A stretch of 64,000 nucleotides of DNA from an uncultured Erysipelotrichaceae bacterium (lineage in GTDB: Bacteria > Bacillota_I > Bacilli_A > RF39 > UBA660). The DNA lies in NCBI GenBank assembly GCA_902793375.1, contig CADBDE010000004.1, forward strand, positions 20,799 through 84,798, written 5' to 3'. The translations under genes were made by a program, and so were the position numbers. The notes under the pieces were generated by a model. The model was not told the origin of the DNA. It worked only from the letters and a program-made list of their open reading frames with translations, and made no database searches. Below, piece after piece: positions 1-9,657 of the stretch (position 1 is its first letter; each line of letters opens with the position of its first letter).

Positions 1-2210
1 TAAAATTTTACTCCTTTAGCTCTTGCTTCTCTAATTATCATTGAAGTTTTACTATCTTTTCCTATAGTCATAGATAAAATATTTAAATAAAAGTATTTTG
101 AAAAATGTACTTTTAAATAAGCCATTTTATATGCAAGAATTGAATATGCAACAGCATGTGATTTATTAAATCCATACTCTGCAAAAGCCAAAATATCTTC
201 ATAATACTTTTTTGCAACTTTAAAATCATATCCATTGTTAATTGATCCTTCAATAAACTTTTTTTCTTGAACACTAAGTAACTCTTTTTTCTTTTTAGAC
301 ATTGCTCTTCTTAATAAATCAGCTTCAGATAAAGTAAATCCAGCCATAACATTAGCAATTTGCATTATTTGTTCTTGATATACTAAAACTCCATAAGTTG
401 GATCTAATATTCTTTTTAAATCTTTATTAGGGTATTCTATCTTGATATTCTTTTCTTTTCTTTCTATATAAGTTTTTGTATCAGGACCAGGTCTTACTAA
501 GGCATTAGCAGCTACAATATCATCAAACTTTGTTACTTTAAGCCCCTTTAAAAGATTCTTCATTGTATCACTTTCAAATTGGAATATTCCATTAGTATCA
601 ACATTATAAAAAAGTCTTAAAGTATCTTTATCATCTAAAGGAATATTTAAAAAATTAATATCAATATTTTCCTTTTCTTTTATATTTTTTAAAATATCCA
701 TTATTGTAGTTAAATTAGCATTTCCTAAAAAATCCATTTTTAATAATCCAAGTTCTTCTAGAAATCCCATTTCATAAGAACAAATATAATTCCCATCTTG
801 TTTAATAAGAGGTACCACTTCATCAAGTTCTTTTTCTGATATAACTATACCTGATGCATGAACTGTAGTATTTTTTGGAAAATCTTCAAATACTAAAGAA
901 AGATCATATAGTTTTTTTAATCTATCATCATTATCAACAATATTTCTAAACTCATCATTCGTTTCATAGACATCTTTAAGTTTTGATTTTAATTCAATAA
1001 ATCTTTTTAATCTATCAGTTTTTTCTTGTTCAATTTTTAGTATTCTTGAAACATCATCTAAACAAGCTTTTGCTTTTAAAGTACCAATTGCTACAATACC
1101 AGCAACACATTTATTTCCATATTTTTCTCTTGCATAATCAATTACCTGATCTCTATAAATATCTGGAAAGTCAATATCAATATCGGGCATAGTTACTCTT
1201 CCAGGATTTAAGAAACGCTCAAAAAGCAAGTCATACTTAATTGGATCAACATCAATAATTCCTAAAGCATATGCTACTAAACTACCACCTGCACTACCTC
1301 TTCCAGGGCCTACTAAAATACCATTTTTTTTGGCATATTTAACATAGTCATATACTATTAAAAAATAATCAGGAAATCCCATTTTATTAATTATATCAAG
1401 TTCATATAATAATCTTTTTTTATAAACTTCACTTATATTTCCATCAAGTCTAATCTCTAATCCTTTAATACTTAATTTTTTTAAGTATTCATCACTTGAT
1501 ATATTTAAATTATTCTTAAAATGTGGAATCATGTTTTCACTTTTTGGAAATTCTACTAAACAAGAATCTGCTATTTTATTTGTTAAATCAAGTGCCTTTT
1601 TACTAACAAGTTCTAATGCTTCTTTATCATTTAATAAATAATTATAGTTATCAGAGTATTCTATATTATCAAAGACATTTTTTTTATCTTTCATCATAAT
1701 AAGATATTTAAAATACTCTTCTTCTTGTTTATTTAAATATAATACTTTATTCAAAAATACTACATTTTTTGTTTTTTTATTCGATTCTAATTCTTCATTT
1801 TTATTAAGAGCTCCGATATAAGACTTAACAAAAACAGAATTAATATTCTCGAATATTTCAATAGATGTATAAGGAATTATACAAACAACGTTTTTGTTAT
1901 ATTTCTTTAGAATATCAATGTTTAATTCATCTTTTAAAGTTACTATTTTTAAAAGATTTTGATAACCAATAAAATCTTTAGCATATAATAATAAACTATT
2001 ATTATCTATATTTATTTCTAATCCAACAATTGGTTTAATATCATTTTTAATACATTCTTTATAAAAATACATAGTTGCAATCATATTATCATCACATAAT
2101 GCAACTTGTTTTATGTTTTTTTCTTTACATTTTTTTATCAATTCATCTATTTTAACTAAACTAGATAAAAAAGTATAATTACTCTTTACATATAGTGGTG
2201 TATACATAAT
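1..2210 (-). CDS. dnaE: DNA polymerase III alpha subunit DnaE, N-terminal part only; the gene runs off the left edge of the window
   Basis: My own reverse translation from the ATG at 2208-2210 gives MYTPLYVKSNYTFLSSLV... with a PHP domain and the polymerase core motif GPGRGSAGGSLVAYALGI. A GGGAGG ribosome-binding site sits upstream on the minus strand. It is absent from the ORF track only because it is truncated. Confidence 0.85.
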   Translation of the reverse strand, partial: MMYTPLYVKSNYTFLSSLVKIDELIKKCKEKNIKQVALCDDNMIATMYFYKECIKNDIKPIVGLEINIDNNSLLLYAKDFIGYQNLLKIVTLKDELNIDILKKYNKNVVCIIPYTSIEIFENINSVFVKSYIGALNKNEELESNKKTKNVVFLNKVLYLNKQEEEYFKYLIMMKDKKNVFDNIEYSDNYNYLLNDKEALELVSKKALDLTNKIADSCLVEFPKSENMIPHFKNNLNISSDEYLKKLSIKGLEIRLDGNISEVYKKRLLYELDIINKMGFPDYFLIVYDYVKYAKKNGILVGPGRGSAGGSLVAYALGIIDVDPIKYDLLFERFLNPGRVTMPDIDIDFPDIYRDQVIDYAREKYGNKCVAGIVAIGTLKAKACLDDVSRILKIEQEKTDRLKRFIELKSKLKDVYETNDEFRNIVDNDDRLKKLYDLSLVFEDFPKNTTVHASGIVISEKELDEVVPLIKQDGNYICSYEMGFLEELGLLKMDFLGNANLTTIMDILKNIKEKENIDINFLNIPLDDKDTLRLFYNVDTNGIFQFESDTMKNLLKGLKVTKFDDIVAANALVRPGPDTKTYIERKEKNIKIEYPNKDLKRILDPTYGVLVYQEQIMQIANVMAGFTLSEADLLRRAMSKKKKELLSVQEKKFIEGSINNGYDFKVAKKYYEDILAFAEYGFNKSHAVAYSILAYKMAYLKVHFSKYFYLNILSMTIGKDSKTSMIIREARAKGVKF

Positions 2211-2321
2211 TACAACCTCCCTCACTTGTATTATAACACAAATAATCAATAAAATATTTGACTATTATCAAATTTTATGGTAAAGTTAACTAGCAAGTGA
2301 TTTTAAGAGGAGGTCTTATTT

Positions 2322-2510
2322 ATGGCTATAAATATATCAAGTAGAAAACCTAATAAAAATAAAAGAATTCGTTCTCATGCATTAAATACTACTAATAGTA
2401 CTCAAGCTTTAAACTTACAAGTTGTAAGACTTGAAGACGGTACAAGAGTTAGAGTTAGTGCTAAAGAAGCAAGAACTTTAAGAAAAGCTGAAAAAGTAGA
2501 TGCAGAATAA
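2322..2510 (+). CDS. rpmB: 50S ribosomal protein L28
   Basis: The 62-aa product contains RSHALNTTNSTQALNLQVVRLEDGTRVRVSAKEARTL, matching the L28 core (RSHAMNAxKRTWxxNLQKVRI...VSARAL). An AGAGGAGG ribosome-binding site lies 8 nt upstream. Confidence 0.8.
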   Translation: MAINISSRKPNKNKRIRSHALNTTNSTQALNLQVVRLEDGTRVRVSAKEARTLRKAEKVDAE

Positions 2511-2512
2511 TA

Positions 2513-2538
2513 ACACTTAATTGTAAGTGTTTTTTTAT
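2513..2538 (+). terminator. Rho-independent terminator after rpmB
   Basis: Hairpin acactta-ttg-taagtgt followed by a T7 run, directly after the rpmB TAA stop. Confidence 0.5.
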
Positions 2539-2554
2539 TATAAAAAAAAAGTAA

Positions 2555-3481
2555 CTATTTTGTTACTGTTTTTCTTTTTCCTATTTTTTTATTTTCATTT
2601 TTAATATTATCGATATTATTTAACATTTCTTCATTTTGTTTTGCTTTTTCTATAATTCTCTTTACATTCATTAAATCAAGTGAATAATCATTTTCTTGTT
2701 TTTTTACATTTTCCAAATAATCTATAACATTAGAAAAAGTATCTAAATTATATTTATGTTTCACTTCTATATCAATACTATTAAATATTTTACTAAGAAT
2801 ATCACTATCTTCTGAATAATATTCTAAATATAAATCTTTAATGTTTTGCTCATCAAGATTAATCTTATCATTTATTCTTTTAGAATAAATACCATTCAAT
2901 ATATAAAATAAACTAGGATGAGTATAACTATATTCTGGAATTTTAAAAGTATCATTTATATTTACTAGTGGTAAATTATACATATCTAATAAAACAGGAC
3001 TTTCAATAAACTCTTTTAATGATACTTTATTAAATTGAGAATCTTTTTCTTTTTCTCTAAAAAAAACTTCTCTTATTGCATCTTTTATAGTATCTTTATT
3101 AACAAATACATTAATATTTAATATTTCATTATCTTTTAAAGTATAAATAGTTTCTGGAATAATAGGAACTTCTATTTTATCTCTTTCCCACTTTAATTTT
3201 ACATCGTTTATTATTGTAATTGGTAAATATATCCCTGTATTAAAGAAATAAACACTCTTTTTTTTGGAATCTAGAAATTCTACTAGTTCTGGATGATCTA
3301 GAATTTGTTTTTCTTCTTCTACAACAGAATTATTATATGTTATTACATGAAAAATAGAATCTTCTTTTATTACAATTATTTTATTACTATCATTTACTAA
3401 ATTATCATAATTTCTTCCAACATATGGCTTTGTATATTCATCTTTATTATAAATAGAATAAAAATATTTCATTTTTCTCAC
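2555..3481 (-). CDS. hypothetical protein (308 aa, K/N/E-rich, no recognisable motif)
   Basis: Long intact ORF lying between divIVA and rpmB. I recognise no family signature. Confidence 0.45.
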   Translation of the reverse strand: MRKMKYFYSIYNKDEYTKPYVGRNYDNLVNDSNKIIVIKEDSIFHVITYNNSVVEEEKQILDHPELVEFLDSKKKSVYFFNTGIYLPITIINDVKLKWERDKIEVPIIPETIYTLKDNEILNINVFVNKDTIKDAIREVFFREKEKDSQFNKVSLKEFIESPVLLDMYNLPLVNINDTFKIPEYSYTHPSLFYILNGIYSKRINDKINLDEQNIKDLYLEYYSEDSDILSKIFNSIDIEVKHKYNLDTFSNVIDYLENVKKQENDYSLDLMNVKRIIEKAKQNEEMLNNIDNIKNENKKIGKRKTVTK

Positions 3482-3510
3482 CTCAAGTTATTAATATAAC
3501 AAAAAAAGAG

Positions 3511-3945
3511 TTAGTTCTCAATCTTTAACTCTTCTATTTCATCAATAACCGCTAATTGTTGTTCAACAACTAACTTTAATTTTTTCTTAAATATTTTCAT
3601 ATTTCTTTCTAAGGTATCAGCTTTAAGTTCTATTTTCTCTGCTCTTAATAAAGCATCATTTACAATTCTAGATGCATTCTTTTTTGCATCTTCAATAATA
3701 GTGTTTTTTTCAACAAGTGCCTGTTTCATAATATCATCTTTTGAATGTTCTGCACGAACTAAAGCACTTTTAAGTTCATTTTCTAACTTTTGATAACTCT
3801 CAATCTGCTTTTGTAAAAATATAACATCTTTTTGCTGTTTTTTCATTTTTTCAAGCATAGACTCAGTTTGAGTTATAACATTATCAATGAAATTATTTAC
3901 TTCTGTAACACTATAACCTTTTTCAGTAATTGTAAATTTATCCAT
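3511..3945 (-). CDS. divIVA: DivIVA-domain cell-division protein
   Basis: The N-terminal FTITEKGYSVTEVNNFIDNV matches the DivIVA N-terminal motif (F..GY...EVD.FLD). The rest is predicted coiled coil. It is adjacent to sepF. Confidence 0.7.
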   Translation of the reverse strand: MDKFTITEKGYSVTEVNNFIDNVITQTESMLEKMKKQQKDVIFLQKQIESYQKLENELKSALVRAEHSKDDIMKQALVEKNTIIEDAKKNASRIVNDALLRAEKIELKADTLERNMKIFKKKLKLVVEQQLAVIDEIEELKIEN

Positions 3946-3977
3946 GATACCACCCTCTTTTTAGAGTTTATGAAATA

Positions 3978-4418
3978 CTACCAATTATATTCGTCTTCCT
4001 CTTTTGCTTCTTCTGTTTGTCCTTTTACTTTAGTTGTTTGTCCTTTACCATTCTTTTCTTTGCCTTCATCAGATATTTTTCCTTCAACATTTACTGAATT
4101 AGGAGTACAAAGGAATATTCCTCCACCTAATTTTTGTAAATCTCCACTAATTGCATAAATAGTTCCACTTAAAAAATCTACTATTCTTTTAGCTTGATCA
4201 GGTGTTACTCTTCTTAAATTAACAACAACTGAAGAATTATTCTTTAAATAATCTGCAATTTGTTGAGATTCAGAATATGCACGTGGTTCTAAAAGAATCA
4301 TTGTATTTCCTTTTTTTGTTATTGTATTTATAGCAGATTCTCCACTTTCATCATCGAAAGTTTCTTCTTCCTCTGTCTCATCTGATTTTAACTTTTTAAA
4401 AAAATTATTAAAAGCCAT
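3978..4418 (-). CDS. sepF: cell division protein SepF (DUF552)
   Basis: The core region MILLEPRAYSESQQIADYLKNNSSVVVNLRRVTPDQAKRIVDFLSGTIYAISGDLQKLGGGIFLCTP matches the SepF/YlmF core. It has an acidic N-terminus and sits beside divIVA. Confidence 0.75.
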   Translation of the reverse strand: MAFNNFFKKLKSDETEEEETFDDESGESAINTITKKGNTMILLEPRAYSESQQIADYLKNNSSVVVNLRRVTPDQAKRIVDFLSGTIYAISGDLQKLGGGIFLCTPNSVNVEGKISDEGKEKNGKGQTTKVKGQTEEAKEEDEYNW

Positions 4419-4479
4419 ATTTTATATCCTCCATAATCTATATTATTATTTTATCATATCTTATTTTTTTTTTAAAGTA

Positions 4480-6258
4480 CTAATTTAACGCATACCATAT
4501 TTTTGCAATATCACTATTTTGACTATAAGGTTCTGGATCTGGCTTGTCCATCTTAACAGACACAGGAACCTTAAATGCACTACCAAATGCAATTGCATTA
4601 CCTGGTTGAAGTGTTTTTAGAATTGCCAAAACTTCATCAGTAACATTTGGAACCATATCCTTTATATATTGTAAATCTCTTGGATGTAGTGTTCTTAATA
4701 CCATAAAGTTTGAACATTGCGAAATACTTGTTTCACTTAGTTCACTCGGCCTTTGTGTAATAAGTCCTAAAATAACACCATATTTTCTTCCTTCTTTTGT
4801 AATTCTATCAAAAATATTATACCCAAGTAGATCTTGATCTATATCTTTTTGAACATATCTATGTGCTTCTTCAATTATTATATGAAATGGATATTTTCCT
4901 CTTGAACTAGCACTCGTTGAAACATCAAATAACAATTTAGATATTATTTTTGTAATTGCTTTTGCTGTTCTATCATCTATATAATTAATGTTAAATCCAA
5001 TTAATTGAGCTTTTTTATTATCATGAGTTGTTAATAAATCTCTAACATATCCTCCTTTATTTACCATTTTAGGATATGAGAAATATTCATTATATTCACT
5101 ATTTGCTAATGAATGAAGTCTTACTGAAAGAACATTTGCATAATCAAACACTTTGTCACTTTTTAATACTCCTTCTGATATTAATGAAAACTCCAATGCT
5201 TGCTCCAAATCAGAAAGATTATACATTATGTCTCCAGTTGGTGTTGGAATTTCAAATCCATCTATTAGAAATGTTTGAATATAACTAACAACTAATTCCA
5301 TTTCTTGCATTTTTCCTGAATTATCTACATAAATACATTGTTTTAGTGTTCTTATATAACCTGGTTGTACTATTTCGCTTTCAAGATTTAATAAATCTGT
5401 ATTAAATGTTGTTAATACTGCTGTTATTTGATCTCGTATTTTTATTGAATCTTTTCCACTTTGCAATATATCTAATAATGCTCTTGCAATAATATCATTT
5501 TTACATTTTATGGCTTCTTCATCAGTTCCTTTTAATATTGGAACAAGTTTCAAAGCCTTTTCTATTATAGGTAATTGACTTGGATCATTAGCATTTAATA
5601 AAAGTGCAATATCATCAACACCTAATAACCATAAAGGAATTCTTAATAAGTCTGTATCTGTCGACTCAACATTTGTTGTATAGGCTTTATAATTTAATTC
5701 TGGATTGAAATCATGTAAAAATGAAAAAGCATTTTTATATTCTCCATATGCATCAAACACAAATATACTTGCATTTACTGGTAAATACTTTGATCCTTTA
5801 AATATGTTTTGTACAATTCTTGCAAAAGTACTACTTTTACCACTACCAGTATTACCTAATATTGCAAAATGATTACTAAAAAAATCATTAACATTAACAT
5901 TAATTTTATAGCCATTATATATTGAAGATTTTCCAAGATAAATGTGATTACTATCATCTACTTCCTGAGGTCCCAAAACTTGAGTTAATTCTTCTTGATT
6001 TATTATTCTAACTTGTGAAGCAAAAGATGGTTTAATTCCTATACCTGGTATAAAAACATTATTAAGTATTTCACCAACTATTCCTATCGTTATAGCAGAT
6101 ACTGTAACCTTTAATATTTCACCAACTATTCTTTTATTTCCATCATCAAAAACGACATGAACATTCATTAAATTTCCATATTTTGATACATCAAAGTTTA
6201 TTTGAACAACGACATAATTTCCACTAATATCAATAATTTTGCCTATATTCCCTATCAT
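4480..6258 (-). CDS. HerA-like (DUF87) P-loop ATPase
   Basis: Walker A motif AILGNTGSGKSST and Walker B motif PFHIIIEEAHRYV. The N-terminus looks like a HAS-barrel (IGKIIDISGNYVVVQI...). These are HerA/FtsK-superfamily features. Confidence 0.6.
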   Translation of the reverse strand: MIGNIGKIIDISGNYVVVQINFDVSKYGNLMNVHVVFDDGNKRIVGEILKVTVSAITIGIVGEILNNVFIPGIGIKPSFASQVRIINQEELTQVLGPQEVDDSNHIYLGKSSIYNGYKINVNVNDFFSNHFAILGNTGSGKSSTFARIVQNIFKGSKYLPVNASIFVFDAYGEYKNAFSFLHDFNPELNYKAYTTNVESTDTDLLRIPLWLLGVDDIALLLNANDPSQLPIIEKALKLVPILKGTDEEAIKCKNDIIARALLDILQSGKDSIKIRDQITAVLTTFNTDLLNLESEIVQPGYIRTLKQCIYVDNSGKMQEMELVVSYIQTFLIDGFEIPTPTGDIMYNLSDLEQALEFSLISEGVLKSDKVFDYANVLSVRLHSLANSEYNEYFSYPKMVNKGGYVRDLLTTHDNKKAQLIGFNINYIDDRTAKAITKIISKLLFDVSTSASSRGKYPFHIIIEEAHRYVQKDIDQDLLGYNIFDRITKEGRKYGVILGLITQRPSELSETSISQCSNFMVLRTLHPRDLQYIKDMVPNVTDEVLAILKTLQPGNAIAFGSAFKVPVSVKMDKPDPEPYSQNSDIAKIWYALN

Positions 6259-6323
6259 ATTCTCACCTATTCTACTTAATTATACCATAAAATAAAAAAA
6301 ATATATATAAATATATACTTTTT

Positions 6324-7598
6324 CTATTTAGAAATGCCAATTACATATGAATAATTGTCAAATAAAATATCTTTTCTAACTTTTTCAATATCTTTTAAAT
6401 CTAAACTTCTTATTAATTCAATTTTATTATATAATACATCATCATAGTCAATTAAATCTTTTACTATAGAATTTAAAACTTTATATGGCTTATCTGAATC
6501 CATTACCTCTAAAGATATTTTTACTTTTTTTACTCTTTCAACATCTTCTTTGGTTATTTTTGTATTTTTCAAACAATTTATAATCTCATTTTTTATTTCT
6601 TTTGGATTTTTTGTTTCCATTAAAAACTCTATTATAACAATGTTATCAATAATAGAACTAGAACTATAGAATAATGTACATAATTCTTTTTTATATACAT
6701 TTTCTCTAAATTCAGAGGATATTCCAAACAAAACATACAATAATATATTTAATGATACTTCATATTTAAACTTTTTTATAATATCAGATTCATCAATTTT
6801 ATATTTAAAAGACAATACGGTTTTGGTTATCATTAAGTTCTTTATTTTTACTTCTTTTTCCTTTGTTTTTACTTCAAGAGGTTCATTAATAATAACTGGA
6901 TTCTTTTTTATTGATTTTTTTCTTGAATTTAATTTTTTGTTATTTTTTATTACTTCGATAAGTTTATTACAATCTATATTACCAGAAGCAATTAAAAACA
7001 TATTACTTGGCTGATAAAATGTATTATAGCAGTCATATAAAACTTCTTTAGTTATTTTTCTTACACTACTAGGGGTACCACCAATATCTATTCTCATTGG
7101 ATGCCTTACAAATACTGCTTTATTACTTTCATCATATAACCTGTTTTCTGGTTGATCTTTATACATATTTAATTCTTCTATAATAATGTCTTTCTCTTTT
7201 TCTACATTTTCATCAGTAAAATATGGACTATTTACATAATTTAATAAGAAATCCATATTTTTTTCAATGTCTTTTATTCCTTCAACCGTATATGAAGTAA
7301 AATCATAGCTTGTTGAAGCATTAGCATCACTTCCAGATTCTGAAAAGAAAGAAAAAGGATCTTTTTCATCTTCTTGCTCAAACATTTTATGTTCAAGAAA
7401 ATGAGCTGTTCCATATGGAATTTTAATTTTCTTATTATCATCAGATTTAAACTCTAATACTTTTGCACCATATTTAACACCATATTCAATATAATAATTC
7501 TTTCTATTAGAAAATGGTATTAAAAAAACTTCTAAACCATTTTCGAGTTTTTCATAAAAAACATCTACATCTATTCCTTTTATTTCTTTTTTTATCAT
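6324..7598 (-). CDS. M16-family zinc peptidase (insulinase-like), active-type subunit
   Basis: Carries the inverted zinc-binding motif HFLEHKMFE (HxxEH) near the N-terminus. It forms a pair with the next ORF, overlapping it by 4 nt. Confidence 0.7.
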   Translation of the reverse strand: MIKKEIKGIDVDVFYEKLENGLEVFLIPFSNRKNYYIEYGVKYGAKVLEFKSDDNKKIKIPYGTAHFLEHKMFEQEDEKDPFSFFSESGSDANASTSYDFTSYTVEGIKDIEKNMDFLLNYVNSPYFTDENVEKEKDIIIEELNMYKDQPENRLYDESNKAVFVRHPMRIDIGGTPSSVRKITKEVLYDCYNTFYQPSNMFLIASGNIDCNKLIEVIKNNKKLNSRKKSIKKNPVIINEPLEVKTKEKEVKIKNLMITKTVLSFKYKIDESDIIKKFKYEVSLNILLYVLFGISSEFRENVYKKELCTLFYSSSSIIDNIVIIEFLMETKNPKEIKNEIINCLKNTKITKEDVERVKKVKISLEVMDSDKPYKVLNSIVKDLIDYDDVLYNKIELIRSLDLKDIEKVRKDILFDNYSYVIGISK

Positions 7599-8857
7599 TT
7601 TTTATCACCCCCTAATAAATAAACTGTATCTATAAAAATTTTATTAGCTAGTGACATTATATCTTTTTTTGTTACTTTTTCTATTTTCTTTTTTCTTTCT
7701 TCTAATGTATCTATTCCTAATTTATCAATTGCATAGTAAGAAGCAATTATTTGACTTGGATTATCTTCTATTTCATCTAATGCAGAAATATAATATTTTT
7801 TGGCTTTATCAATATCTTCTTCATTAAAATTACCATTTTTCATATCTGCCATTTCTTTTTCAATCAAAATAAGCATTTTATTAAAATTTTCTTTATTAAT
7901 TCCAGATGAAATAATAATTAAATTATCAAGTTTATATGCACTAGAAACAACATAATAACATAAAGAAAATTTTTCTCTAATATTCTTAAAGAATTTTGAA
8001 TCTGCACTTCCACCAAGAATAATATTATAAATATTTAAAACATAATTTTTTTCATATTTTGTAAGATTCTCTAATGAACATGCAATAGACAATTTGGCTT
8101 GATTTGTATTATCACTTTCAACTATTTTTTGTATCTTTTTTCTATGAGGTTTGTAATCAACTACTAGATCATTAATTAAATCTTTTTTGTTATTAAATAC
8201 TAGCTTTTTACTAATTATTTTTTCTACATAATCAAAATCGATATCTCCAATTATAAAAATATCTATACTATTATTTTTTATAAAGTATTTATAATACTCA
8301 AAAAGTGTTTTAGGTGTAATCTTTTCTAAATCATCAAGATATCCCTTTAAGTTATATGAAAATGGAGCATCTTTATCATAGTATTCTAACAATTTCAAAG
8401 TACTATAACTTCTTTGATCTTCCTTAAATCTTTCAATTTGTGATTTTTCATTATTTTTTACAATAGAAAAACTTGTTAAGTCAAATTCATTATTTTTAAT
8501 ATTTGGATTAAATATTATTTCATATAAAAAATCGATAGCTTTTTCAAGTAATCCATTTTCTGTGTATTTATCATTCAATACTCTCATATTAAAATCAATA
8601 TTGTATTTTTTACCTAATCTATATCCATTAGCAAAAACACTTGTTGCATATAAGTCTTCTGCTTTCTTTGAAAAAGCAATTTTTGTATTATATTTCTTTG
8701 TTGAATAAGTTAACATTGTAGATAAAAAATTATTGAGAGTAATATACTCTTTTTTTATTGGACCACTAAATATTACTTCTATATTTATAGATTTAAATTT
8801 ATTCGTTTTAATCATATGAAGATTATAAGATGATAAGTCTTTTTTTATGTAATCCAT
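7595..8857 (-). CDS. M16-family peptidase-like partner subunit (no HxxEH motif, probably non-catalytic)
   Basis: Similar size and tandem arrangement with the HxxEH-containing M16 protein, as in YmfF/YmfH-type pairs. It lacks the zinc-binding motif. Confidence 0.5.
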   Translation of the reverse strand: MDYIKKDLSSYNLHMIKTNKFKSINIEVIFSGPIKKEYITLNNFLSTMLTYSTKKYNTKIAFSKKAEDLYATSVFANGYRLGKKYNIDFNMRVLNDKYTENGLLEKAIDFLYEIIFNPNIKNNEFDLTSFSIVKNNEKSQIERFKEDQRSYSTLKLLEYYDKDAPFSYNLKGYLDDLEKITPKTLFEYYKYFIKNNSIDIFIIGDIDFDYVEKIISKKLVFNNKKDLINDLVVDYKPHRKKIQKIVESDNTNQAKLSIACSLENLTKYEKNYVLNIYNIILGGSADSKFFKNIREKFSLCYYVVSSAYKLDNLIIISSGINKENFNKMLILIEKEMADMKNGNFNEEDIDKAKKYYISALDEIEDNPSQIIASYYAIDKLGIDTLEERKKKIEKVTKKDIMSLANKIFIDTVYLLGGDKK

Positions 8858-8896
8858 TATATCACCTCTTTCTTATTATGTGCTTTATTATTAATT

Positions 8897-9607
8897 TTAT
8901 AAATCAATAGATGATTCTAAGGCTAATTTGATCATTGTAACAAAACTATTTTGTCTTTCTTCACTTGTAGTTTCTTCATGAGTTACTAAATTATCAGAAA
9001 TAGTTATAATAGCAGTCGCTTTTTTACCTGTAACATTTGCATTATGAAAAAGTGCAAATGTTTCCATTTCTACTGCTTGACAATCATATTTTTCTACTAA
9101 TTCTTTATAGTTTTCATTTTCCTTATAAAAAACATCACTACTATGTACAATTCCTTTATGTAAATTAATATTTAATTCATGAGCTTTATTTTCTATAACA
9201 TCATTTAGTTCTTTGTTTGAATATAGAATATTTCTTGATTCATTACCTTGAGTTTTAGCAAAAGTTGATTCCGAATATGCTCCCTCTACTAAAAAAACAT
9301 CATATAAATTTAATTTTTCAGTATAAGCACCTGCTGAACCTACTCTAATGATTTTATCAACATCATAAAATTTAAACAATTCATAAGAATAAAGTCCCAT
9401 ACTTGGCATTCCCATTCCTGAGGCAAAAACAGTTATTCTTTTTCCTTTATATGTTCCTGTGTATGCAAGCATATTTCTTACACTATTAATTTGTCTAGGA
9501 TTTTCTAAAAAATTTTCTGCTATAAATTTAGCTCTTAATGGATCTCCTGGCATAATTACAATTTTTGCAAGATCCTCTTGTTTTGATTCAATATGTGGCG
9601 TTGCCAT
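8897..9607 (-). CDS. deoD: purine nucleoside phosphorylase, DeoD-type
   Basis: Begins MATPHIESKQEDLAKIVIMPGDPLRAKFIAENFL and continues ...AYTGTYKGKRITVFASGMGMPS...RVGSAGAY..., followed by the EMETFAL motif of the PNP/UDP phosphorylase family. Confidence 0.75.
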   Translation of the reverse strand: MATPHIESKQEDLAKIVIMPGDPLRAKFIAENFLENPRQINSVRNMLAYTGTYKGKRITVFASGMGMPSMGLYSYELFKFYDVDKIIRVGSAGAYTEKLNLYDVFLVEGAYSESTFAKTQGNESRNILYSNKELNDVIENKAHELNINLHKGIVHSSDVFYKENENYKELVEKYDCQAVEMETFALFHNANVTGKKATAIITISDNLVTHEETTSEERQNSFVTMIKLALESSIDL

Positions 9608-9657
9608 AAATAATTCCTCCTTAATTTGAAAAAGGACTAATGTGTTTAGCCCATTTT

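Noticed and set aside
3832-4158. Plus-strand 108-aa ORF spanning the divIVA/sepF junction
   Set aside because: It lies antisense to two well-supported division genes and has a low-complexity hydrophobic translation.
5076-5288. Plus-strand 70-aa ORF inside the HerA-like gene, plus similar antisense ORFs at 6823-7014, 11453-11653, 13644-13928, 15615-15857, 23526-23723, 24587-24841, 25585-26003, 37150-37482, 38619-38801, 58150-58356, 62560-62763 and 63433-63756
   Set aside because: Each is fully contained in, and antisense to or out of frame with, a longer motif-supported gene.
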